A stretch of 64,000 bases of DNA from a virus. Position numbers and translations under genes: made by a program. The notes under the pieces were generated by a model. It saw nothing but the letters and a program-made list of their open reading frames with translations. It did no database searches and was not told the origin of the DNA. The stretch spans positions 42,482-106,481 of the IMG/VR virus record IMGVR_UViG_3300047509_000156; one strand, written 5' to 3'. Every line of letters starts with the position of its first letter. Position 1 is the first letter of the stretch. Shown piece by piece: positions 56,802 to 64,000 of the stretch.

Positions 56802-57467
56802 ATGCGAGGAACAATGGACATTGACCGGATGGCGGAAGAGGCAATGGGTAACTGGCGCCGTTTCGAGTCATTCTGCTGGGATCGTGCTTACGAGTTAGAA
56901 GACGCCGATTCGTGGTGCATTGTCTACGGCGCCAACCGTGATAGCGGGCTACTTGACCAGAGTAACGCGGAGGCAACCGACAAGGCGCTTGAGTCGTTCA
57001 TGGATGGGGATAACCCCGATGTCCTCTCGGAACATCATGGACACTGGGGATGCGGATGGGTAGATGGATGGGCAATCCGCGTCCGCGACAGTCAAGGCGC
57101 CTTGACTCCGGCATTCCGCGCTTACTGTGAACTGCAAGAGGCGCTTGAGGATTACCCCGTTCTGGACGAGGAAGACTACTCCCGTCGCGAGTACGAAGCA
57201 ACCATTGAAAACCTGTCCGATGCGGCGCGTGGTCTCGACTACGAATTGCCAGAGGGGTGGGAAAGCGAAGTCTTTTCGTGGTTGTGGGATCATGGCAGCA
57301 TGCTGGAAGCGCTGGGGATTCCTCTGGAATGGTGCGATGAATGGGACGACTGTAGCGAGTGCAACGGACTACTTCGGCATCAACCCGATTCCTACGGATG
57401 GACACCTTCCTATTCGGAAGAACTCTTGCGGTCCGGCGAGATGGTTTGTCTAGAGTGCGCCGAATAG
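56802..57467 (+). CDS. Acidic phage protein
   Basis: RDS.LL..SN, HW.CGWV, L.DYPVLDEED.S..EYE; promoter at 56737. Confidence 0.75.
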   Translation: MRGTMDIDRMAEEAMGNWRRFESFCWDRAYELEDADSWCIVYGANRDSGLLDQSNAEATDKALESFMDGDNPDVLSEHHGHWGCGWVDGWAIRVRDSQGALTPAFRAYCELQEALEDYPVLDEEDYSRREYEATIENLSDAARGLDYELPEGWESEVFSWLWDHGSMLEALGIPLEWCDEWDDCSECNGLLRHQPDSYGWTPSYSEELLRSGEMVCLECAE

Positions 57468-57530
57468 GTCATACCCCATCGCCCCGTCCGTATCTCACTC
57501 GCCCAACATTCCCGCCAAGGGAGATAAGAG

Positions 57531-57749
57531 ATGTTCACACCGCGACACGTCGCCGGGCTGATCCGCCGGCTTCCCCGGAATGCCAGTGTATGCGTCCAGG
57601 TTGAGTTAGGCCGCACGAACGGCCGGATAACCGGCTCGTTGCTCCCCGTCCCGCGTATCGTCGCTCTACGTGCCATCCGGAGGCTCTACGGGACGGGGGC
57701 AAAGGTGGCGGTATCGGATTTCTGCGGGGATCTTGTGCTGGGAATGTAG
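57531..57749 (+). CDS. Small cassette gene
   Basis: Promoter at 57468 plus CCCGCCAAGGGAG leader. Confidence 0.6.
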   Translation: MFTPRHVAGLIRRLPRNASVCVQVELGRTNGRITGSLLPVPRIVALRAIRRLYGTGAKVAVSDFCGDLVLGM

Positions 57750-57809
57750 GTCACAACGGCGCCGGATGAGCGTATTTGAAGTGCCCAAAATCACCAAGAG
57801 GAATCGATC

Positions 57810-57983
57810 ATGCACGAGACGAACGCCACTATCCGCGATCGGGACGGGTTTCTGACGCGGGGCAACGTGTACCGGGAAACGGGACAAATCGGCCGGTACA
57901 TGGTGGAGCGCTTTTACGTTCTCCGTGGTTGCGCCGGACGTATGTACGTCAAGATGTTCAACGGTCGGTGGGTGGAAGCCTAG
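57810..57983 (+). CDS. Small cassette gene (57 aa, not in ORF track)
   Basis: Promoter at 57750; GAGGA RBS; stop abuts the next promoter. Confidence 0.55.
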   Translation: MHETNATIRDRDGFLTRGNVYRETGQIGRYMVERFYVLRGCAGRMYVKMFNGRWVEA

Positions 57984-58036
57984 GTCACAAATATCGCTCC
58001 GCGTATCTTGTTCATCGCTAACCGGGAGGACGGATC

Positions 58037-58198
58037 ATGTGGATTCTGAGTTATCTGAGGCAGTATGGGAATCGGTTCACGGAGTTCCGTACAGAGTACA
58101 CCAGCATTGAAGCGCTCGAAAGCGCGATTGCCATGCTGAGCGGGCAAAGCGGTGTTTCGGCTATGAATGTCACATTCGACAACCGGGCGCATATCTGA
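58037..58198 (+). CDS. Small cassette gene (53 aa, not in ORF track)
   Basis: Promoter at 57984; GGAGG RBS. Confidence 0.5.
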   Translation: MWILSYLRQYGNRFTEFRTEYTSIEALESAIAMLSGQSGVSAMNVTFDNRAHI

Positions 58199-58234
58199 GG
58201 TAGAGAACACCAATCCGCCAAGAGGGAGAGAACA

Positions 58235-58741
58235 ATGCAGACAACGGAAACGGTCGAGAATCTCGCGAGTATGCTTGCCGCCGTCGAAAGTGCCCCGATG
58301 GACATTGACGCAAGGCGCATTCTCGCGGATGCCTACATGGACGCGCAGCAAGACGGCATGGCAGAACATCAGCGTAAGATCGTCGCCGGACTGGAGAAGG
58401 TCAAGGATTGGCGCGGCGCAACGATCGGCAAGGGACACGCGATCTATCGCACTCTTACCGATCGGCTCAAGTATCGGAAGAAGGAAGGGCGTGTTCACGT
58501 TGCCCTCTCCGTGAGCATCACGGGAACGTGGTGGGATGGTGGTTCTAGGTCGTCGTTCTACGCTCTGGATCTCACGACCGGCGCACTCTCCCCAATCGCC
58601 GGTCCACAATGGGGAGATGCAAAGCCTAGTATCGAGCATCCCATCCGCAAGGGAATTGCCATCGTGGAGTGCGGTACGTTCTGCGGTAAACCGGCGACGG
58701 CGCGAATCACTCTGCATCCCGATGACGCATGGCGAATCTAA
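58235..58741 (+). CDS. TIGR02996-like N-terminus fused to a phage domain
   Basis: LAAVESAP.D...RRILADAY, then T.WDGGSRS...F.GK. Confidence 0.7.
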   Translation: MQTTETVENLASMLAAVESAPMDIDARRILADAYMDAQQDGMAEHQRKIVAGLEKVKDWRGATIGKGHAIYRTLTDRLKYRKKEGRVHVALSVSITGTWWDGGSRSSFYALDLTTGALSPIAGPQWGDAKPSIEHPIRKGIAIVECGTFCGKPATARITLHPDDAWRI

Positions 58742-58819
58742 CCTGTACGCTCCGCGTCACAACAGACGGCGCGGAGCGTATCTTGATTGCCCATAACCAC
58801 GAATGAGGGAGAAGGACCA

Positions 58820-59041
58820 ATGAAGGTTTGCGAAACATGCGGTAATGACATCGACGGCGCTCGCGATGGGGAGAATACCTGTCGTGATTGCGATGAATTT
58901 GCGACCATTGGCGTTGTCGGTGCGCTGCAAGCCGCAAAGCGCCGCAAGAGGAACGCTAGCAGACGGGCAAGGGAAAACGCTCTGCGGTCGTGCGGACTAG
59001 TCAAGGTGAGAGGTGCGCTTGGCGGGACGTATTGGGAGTAA
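58820..59041 (+). CDS. Small phage protein
   Basis: GLVKVRGALGGTYWE C-terminus; promoter at 58756. Confidence 0.7.
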   Translation: MKVCETCGNDIDGARDGENTCRDCDEFATIGVVGALQAAKRRKRNASRRARENALRSCGLVKVRGALGGTYWE

Positions 59042-59119
59042 CGTGTAGGACCGGCGAGCAACCACGCGAAAGAGCGTACAATAGTGGTTGCTCGCCGTTT
59101 CTCTTTAGGTAATCACCAT

Positions 59120-59641
59120 ATGTCGGCACGCGGAAGAGGCGGAATCACCCTGGAACAAGTCATGGTCCGCAGGCAGACGGCATGGCAACTGCGGTGCAAA
59201 GGTTTACCGTACCGCGACATTGCGAAGGAGATGGGGTTATCGTATCGCTCTGCTTTCCGGCATGTTGAGAAGATGCGCGAATGGTGTCTGAAGAACGCCA
59301 CGCAAGACTATGTTGCCCGTTTGCTGGAGAAGGAAGAACAATTCCTTGAGCTAGCCAACCTGGCAAGGACAGCATACGAGCGTAGCGTTGAACAGGGCAC
59401 ACCGGACGGCTCCTGGCTCGATCGTGCCGCTAACTATCTGGGGAAAGCCGCCGCCCTCTGGCAGCCAACGCAAGCAACGGCCAGTGTAACCGTCACCACG
59501 ACCACATCCGATGGAGATTCCGCCGCGCTTGCACGGTTCTTCGCTGGGGTATTCTCCCAGCAGAAGGCGCCTGAAGCGCTTCCAGCCGTCGTGGAAGTAG
59601 AGTCTCGGAAGTTAGAAGCCGAACCTACGGACGGGAAGTAG
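59120..59641 (+). CDS. Putative terminase small subunit (HTH)
   Basis: RR..A..LR..G..YR.IA..MG.S HTH plus helical core. Confidence 0.6.
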   Translation: MSARGRGGITLEQVMVRRQTAWQLRCKGLPYRDIAKEMGLSYRSAFRHVEKMREWCLKNATQDYVARLLEKEEQFLELANLARTAYERSVEQGTPDGSWLDRAANYLGKAAALWQPTQATASVTVTTTTSDGDSAALARFFAGVFSQQKAPEALPAVVEVESRKLEAEPTDGK

Positions 59642-60127
59642 TCTCACCTAATGCCCGCCAATCGTGATTAATGGCACCAAGGGCGCGAGCAAGGCGCATT
59701 CGGCCTACAGGTCGTCTTGCGGAACGATCGGCGTTTATACGCGATCCTGTACGTTCACTTTGGTTTACAAAGTGAACAGCACTTAAGTCCTTAAAAATTG
59801 CCGTGGTTACGTCGCGAACTCCGGGAATTCAAACGATCGTTTGAGGGGAAAACGGCCTTTTGCCCTGTCACAACCTGGAGAAGCGAGCGTATCTATAGTA
59901 TCGCCTTCAACCTCAGACACGGGAGAACATCAATGGCCGCTGTTGTTCGGTCCGCCCTCCGCGCTCTCTATGCTCGCCAGACGAGACGAGCTAATCTCCG
60001 TGCTCGCCGCATCCTGGCATGGCGCAGAGCACGCACCGCCAAGTAACCCTATTACGCACGCGCCGTCACAACACGACGGCGCGTGCGTATCTCTGTTAGT
60101 CCGTTCAACCCGCCAAGGAGACCGATC

Positions 60128-60655
60128 ATGCTTCATGACACTATCCACGCCAGCGATGACACCACGGCCATCGACGTTGTGCCGGCCCGCAAACCCCGCA
60201 GCCGCAAGCCGGCTCAGACGGTCAAGGCGCCGTCGGCTGCCGCAACCTCCCGTGCCTACGCTGCACAGCGTGCGGAGCGCTGGAGTCGGGCCTACACCTA
60301 CAGCGCCGTCGTCCTGTCGTCCGGCCTCAACGCCTACGCTGCCGCAACCGAGTCTCACGCCGTCAACCCGTACATGATGGCCGCATCCGCCCTGATCGGT
60401 GCCGTTATCCCCGTTCTCGTGTGGATGCTCGGCTCTGTCGTTGCTTGGAGCTACAAAGCCGGCCACCGCAGGCTGTCCTACGTCACCGGCGCCGTTGCCG
60501 GTTGCGTCCTTGCTCTGTCCGTCGTTCACGTCGCAGGCGCCCTTGGTGCTCTCACTGGCTCCGGAGTCATCCTCAGCGCCCTGCTCGCCATCGGCATCGA
60601 TTGCGGCCTGGTTGCGAGCGAAGCGACGGCCATCCTGGTTTCCGTTGCAGAGTAG
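60128..60655 (+). CDS. Multi-TM membrane protein
   Basis: Four hydrophobic segments; promoter at 60065. Confidence 0.7.
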   Translation: MLHDTIHASDDTTAIDVVPARKPRSRKPAQTVKAPSAAATSRAYAAQRAERWSRAYTYSAVVLSSGLNAYAAATESHAVNPYMMAASALIGAVIPVLVWMLGSVVAWSYKAGHRRLSYVTGAVAGCVLALSVVHVAGALGALTGSGVILSALLAIGIDCGLVASEATAILVSVAE

Positions 60656-60733
60656 CCCAATCCCGCCCCCGTCACAACCGACGACCGCCAGCGTATCTCT
60701 TGTGCCCACCCTTCGCCCGCAAGGAGCATCCTA

Positions 60734-60922
60734 ATGTGTTACGACAATGGTTCTCGCGTCGCGATCGTCGTCCCCTTCGGCCCCAACGCGGGGCAGGTTT
60801 GTGGGCACGGTACCGTGATCGGGTTCATCACCAGCGGCATCGACGGGCGATGCTACTTCGTGCGGGAGGACGACGGCACGACAGTCCAGCACAGCGATTC
60901 GTGGATGCGCAAGGCGCGGTGA
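60734..60922 (+). CDS. Small SH3-like cassette gene
   Basis: Promoter at 60671; G.RV..GTV..Y.V..DDG. Confidence 0.55.
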   Translation: MCYDNGSRVAIVVPFGPNAGQVCGHGTVIGFITSGIDGRCYFVREDDGTTVQHSDSWMRKAR

Positions 60923-61118
60923 CGGCCAGCGGGGGAATCGCCCATCCCCGGTACTGGCGCTTCGCCGGAGGATTGCGGGGAGGGGGCGGTGGGTGTCCTT
61001 CTATGCCCATACCATTTCTCGTCACAACGTGGTGACAGGGTACGGTACTGGCGCTCGCAGCGATATTCGCTTCCTGCCCTCGATGGGTGTCTTCCCGTGC
61101 CTCCGACATTACCTGTCG

Positions 61119-61580
61119 CTACGCCGTGACGCCGGCCTCCACGAACGCCTTGCAGATTCGTCGAAGTCTCTTGACGACCCACTCCCAACTACTGTCGTAG
61201 AAGTGCGAGTAGTCGTCGTCCGGTTCCCACAATCGATCGCGATACCGGCTCTTGAAGATGTAGGCGGACATGACGTGCCGGCACGTTCCCATCGTGGGCG
61301 GGTTGGGGATAAACGACGCAATGACGCTGAACTTTGACCGGCGGGAGAGACAGATAATCGTCTTGTCCGTCTTTCGTGTCAGGTAAACCAACTCATCGGC
61401 CGTTTCAAAGGAATGGGCCAGATCGATCCACGAGCGAAGCAGTTTATCCCCCCACGAGGCCATCAGACGCCATACGGCACTCTCTGGATTGCCGCGTTCT
61501 TCGAGGAGATCGGCCATCGCTAACCATGCCAGTGGGGAGCGGTCGATAAGTATAGCCTTCTCCTGAGGTGTGTGTCTCAT
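61119..61580 (-). CDS. TIGR02996-like protein
   Basis: AILIDRSPLAWLAMADLLEERG; promoter at 61649-61674. Confidence 0.7.
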   Translation of the reverse strand: MRHTPQEKAILIDRSPLAWLAMADLLEERGNPESAVWRLMASWGDKLLRSWIDLAHSFETADELVYLTRKTDKTIICLSRRSKFSVIASFIPNPPTMGTCRHVMSAYIFKSRYRDRLWEPDDDYSHFYDSSWEWVVKRLRRICKAFVEAGVTA

Positions 61581-61741
61581 GATTACTCCACGTTATAATC
61601 GACACCGGCCATGCGTCTTTCTCCTTTCGGTGACAGTGATACTCTACTATACGCCCCATTCCCCCATCCGTGACAGATATTCCACGGATTTTCCTTCTCC
61701 TGCTGGTGACAGTCGCGTAGAATACCACCAAAGGAGAAGCT

Positions 61742-62107
61742 ATGAGTCACCCGATCGAATCTTATACTGAAGGTTGGCAGAAAGTCCTGCGTGAATGGCT
61801 GGAGTACGCCTACAACCGTGGCCGTGAGGATGTCTGCCAGAATCCTATTAGAACGCCGCAAACCCCCATCTCGGCAGACGAGATGCGAGCGGCCCTGGTG
61901 GCTGCCTGGGATGCCCTCGACGAACGTATTCGTGCGAGAAACATCCAGGTTAATTTCCACGACCTGGCAACCGATCTGGCGCCTCTCATCAAACTTCCCT
62001 GTGCCGCACCCTATTCCGCTCCTTCCTGGGAAGAAGGCTTCGAGGCCGGCTTCAAGGCAGGATTCTCTTCCGGGCGCTCCGATTCAGTCATAACGCCGAA
62101 CCCATGA
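61742..62107 (+). CDS. Hypothetical protein
   Basis: AAGGAG RBS; TAGAAT upstream. Confidence 0.6.
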   Translation: MSHPIESYTEGWQKVLREWLEYAYNRGREDVCQNPIRTPQTPISADEMRAALVAAWDALDERIRARNIQVNFHDLATDLAPLIKLPCAAPYSAPSWEEGFEAGFKAGFSSGRSDSVITPNP

Positions 62108-62212
62108 AACTCCTGATCCTTGCCGACGCCTGCCTGATCTACCTCATCGCTCTGTCGCTCTACGGGCACACAGAGGCCAGGACCTATTTTAAGGAATGCC
62201 TGGAGGAATCCG

Positions 62213-62719
62213 ATGGCTGATTCTGGTGGAACCCTGGGAAACCCATTCGTCCCGTCTTCAGAGACGATCGACTACTTCAACGATGAAGGTGTCTGGACGG
62301 AAGTCATCTCCAGCAACGTGACGCACTTCGCCTTCTTCTGGATGATCTCCCATGAGGGCAACAGGCGCCTCGTCACCGGGGTCCTGGGCGTCAAATACTG
62401 GTGGAAAGGCGCAGGGGCAACCTACCTCTACATGGGCGTTCCGAGGCACTACTTCGAGGCAGCCGTCAACACCTCCGGCGCCGGCACGTCGATCCACGGA
62501 CGGGGAGCCATCAAGAGTTTCTCCGAAGGCCGGAAGGTGGTCCGGGCGAGTAGGGCGGTGTCGAAGCACTTTCGCGTGACGCCCAGATTAGATAGGGGCG
62601 CATCAAATGTCCTTCCAAAGGGTATTTCGGAAGAAGGAACTGGCGGCAGCGCCGGCCCCGGCGGGTGGACCTGGAGAAATTTACGCCGTACCCACATACC
62701 CTATTCACACGTGTCCTGA
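62213..62719 (+). CDS. KTSC-like domain protein
   Basis: V.SSNV....L.V.Y....Y.Y.GVP...F......S.G. Confidence 0.6.
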   Translation: MADSGGTLGNPFVPSSETIDYFNDEGVWTEVISSNVTHFAFFWMISHEGNRRLVTGVLGVKYWWKGAGATYLYMGVPRHYFEAAVNTSGAGTSIHGRGAIKSFSEGRKVVRASRAVSKHFRVTPRLDRGASNVLPKGISEEGTGGSAGPGGWTWRNLRRTHIPYSHVS

Positions 62720-62901
62720 GCAGGCAACTCCATCAGTCCGGAACGTTTTCCCTGTCCCTTCTCGGGTTTGAATGGATTCGCTGCAAACTCCCGCTCGCAG
62801 CCGCAGCAGAGGATCACATCAACCCCCTCCAACTTCTCGTCGGACTCGATCCAGTTAAACTCCCCGCAGTGCGGGCAGGCGAGCCGGTGCCAGGTCTCCA
62901 T
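62701..62901 (-). CDS. Small Zn-ribbon protein
   Basis: CPHCG...CCGC; AAGGAG RBS. Confidence 0.55.
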   Translation of the reverse strand: METWHRLACPHCGEFNWIESDEKLEGVDVILCCGCEREFAANPFKPEKGQGKRSGLMELPAQDTCE

Positions 62902-62902
62902 A

Positions 62903-63493
62903 TCATTCTCCTTCGAGGGCGGATTTGAGGATACTGATGGTTGCCGAGTGCGCCGTTGCGCTTGTCATTTTCTCTGCCAGGAACTTCGCCTTCTCGATCG
63001 CCGAACGCAGCCGATCGATCTCCTCCCTGGCCTTCGTTGGTGGTAGCGGTGGGCGATCGGAGAAGTCGGCTAGTTCGGCCAGGAGAGTCTTCTTGATTGT
63101 TTCCGCCGACAGAGAGAATGACAACGACCTGTCGATGGCCTTCTCGATCCGTCTCCGCAGATCCGCCGCCCCCTGGGCGTAGAGTTCGTGGTCCTGCTGG
63201 AGTATGTCGAGCAGGTTATCCCTGGCGTCGATCTCGGCAAGGAGGAAGCGAACATCATCAGCGTAAGGGCCAACATATCGGGCGCGGTCGTGTAGTTCTG
63301 TCGTTCTAACCATATCCCTGATCTTGGCCATCTTGACGCCGTTATCGGTCGCCGCCTTCGCCCTGTTATCCTCCAGTGCCGCGTCGATGGCCTTCTGGAT
63401 TTCCATTTCTACGGACCAGGATTCTTTGGACGATCCGCCTCCGCTGGTTATTTTTCGTGCGGCATTGTAGGCGTGCTGACTGATGTCGCTCAT
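62903..63493 (-). CDS. Hypothetical coiled-coil protein
   Basis: Promoter at 63516-63541. Confidence 0.65.
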   Translation of the reverse strand: MSDISQHAYNAARKITSGGGSSKESWSVEMEIQKAIDAALEDNRAKAATDNGVKMAKIRDMVRTTELHDRARYVGPYADDVRFLLAEIDARDNLLDILQQDHELYAQGAADLRRRIEKAIDRSLSFSLSAETIKKTLLAELADFSDRPPLPPTKAREEIDRLRSAIEKAKFLAEKMTSATAHSATISILKSALEGE

Positions 63494-63577
63494 TCCTTAT
63501 CTCCTTATCCTTCAGATACGCTCTCTTCTCGCCATTGTGACAGCGATTCCCTAGAATACCACCCAGGAGGCAATCCG

Positions 63578-63772
63578 ATGAAAACCGAATACTTCACGAT
63601 TCAGATGCGGCACGGCAACGAAATGCAGAACTGGCGTGCCCTGAAGGACGGCGCCGGCAACATCCGCCGCTTCTCCGAGACAGACGCCAAGGCCGAGAAA
63701 GACCGCCTGACCGCCCTGGACAACGGCCTGGCCATCGAGATGGTCAAGGTGACGGAGGAAGTCGTTGATTGA
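63578..63772 (+). CDS. Hypothetical protein
   Basis: AGGAGG RBS; TAGAAT upstream. Confidence 0.6.
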   Translation: MKTEYFTIQMRHGNEMQNWRALKDGAGNIRRFSETDAKAEKDRLTALDNGLAIEMVKVTEEVVD

Positions 63773-64000
63773 CACTCTTTCGCCTCCTCTGGAATCTCTA
63801 CTCGCGGGCATGGCGCAACTCGCCGACCGGCCCGAGGCGATCCAACCCTATATCGATTCCCTTCCCGTCTGGACGCGCAAACAACTCGACGCCGTCAAGC
63901 GGGCCATGATCGGCAAGCCCCAACCACTCGACCGCTTCTGGCTCGACCCATCCCGCCTCATGTCGGACGCCGGCATGACACCCGATCCCTGGCAGATGGA
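63765..64000 (+). CDS. Probable terminase large subunit, N-terminus (runs off window)
   Basis: DP..LM..AG..PDPWQ Q-motif; GGAGG RBS before TTG. Confidence 0.6.
   Translation, partial: MIDTLSPPLESLLAGMAQLADRPEAIQPYIDSLPVWTRKQLDAVKRAMIGKPQPLDRFWLDPSRLMSDAGMTPDPWQM

Larger units (their letters stand above)
45824..63541. promoter_or_regulatory. Dense cluster of GTCACA-N15-CGTAT promoter-like motifs
   Basis: Plus-strand copies start at 45880, 46591, 49924, 51177, 52643, 52937, 53566, 54056, 54664, 54924, 55533, 55940, 56039, 56737, 57468, 57750, 57984, 58169, 58756, 59867, 60065, 60671; minus-strand copies at 45824-45849, 61649-61674, 63516-63541. Confidence 0.9.

Noticed and set aside
51177-60700. 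Cassette array as an integron or TIGR array
   Set aside because: Motif is not palindromic like attC, no integrase or Nop-domain gene was seen, and spacing is gene-length
61021-61050. GTCACAACGTGGTGAC as a cassette promoter
   Set aside because: No CGTAT at 15-nt spacing and no downstream gene

Overview
This 64-kb window looks like part of a large tailed phage of a planctomycete, probably Gemmataceae. The host inference rests on about 8 TIGR02996-like genes, planctomycete-type cytochrome c genes and an APAPFP-signal protein. No integrase or cas gene was recognised. Layout: (1) 1-17 kb is a minus-strand virion module (scaffold, HK97-fold capsid, decoration, adaptor, closure, terminator, tail-tube start) interleaved with accessory genes, two HNH genes and a sigma factor. 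(2) 17-33.5 kb holds DNA-metabolism genes (CsrA, MT-A70, RusA, Dam, SF2 helicase, two ParB-like, Rad52/Sak) plus a tnpB-only IS200/IS605 element. (3) 33.6-41.5 kb holds secreted, cytochrome c and membrane genes. (4) 45.8-63.7 kb is an array of small genes, GroES, a terminase small subunit and the start of a terminase large subunit. Main non-gene signals: (a) seven CRISPR-repeat-like 36-37-mers ending GGATTGAAAC, of 2-3 families, scattered through the phage as one 2-repeat mini-array inside a 14-bp inverted repeat plus five solitary units in 5' leaders or inside genes; (b) about 30 copies of an ECF-like promoter GTCACA-N15-CGTAT that gives nearly every small gene its own expression cassette; (c) a duplicated, co-varying leader RNA ahead of both ParB-like genes; (d) a tnpB insertion that silently swaps a stop codon. 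All functional calls come from motif recognition by eye; no database searches were run.
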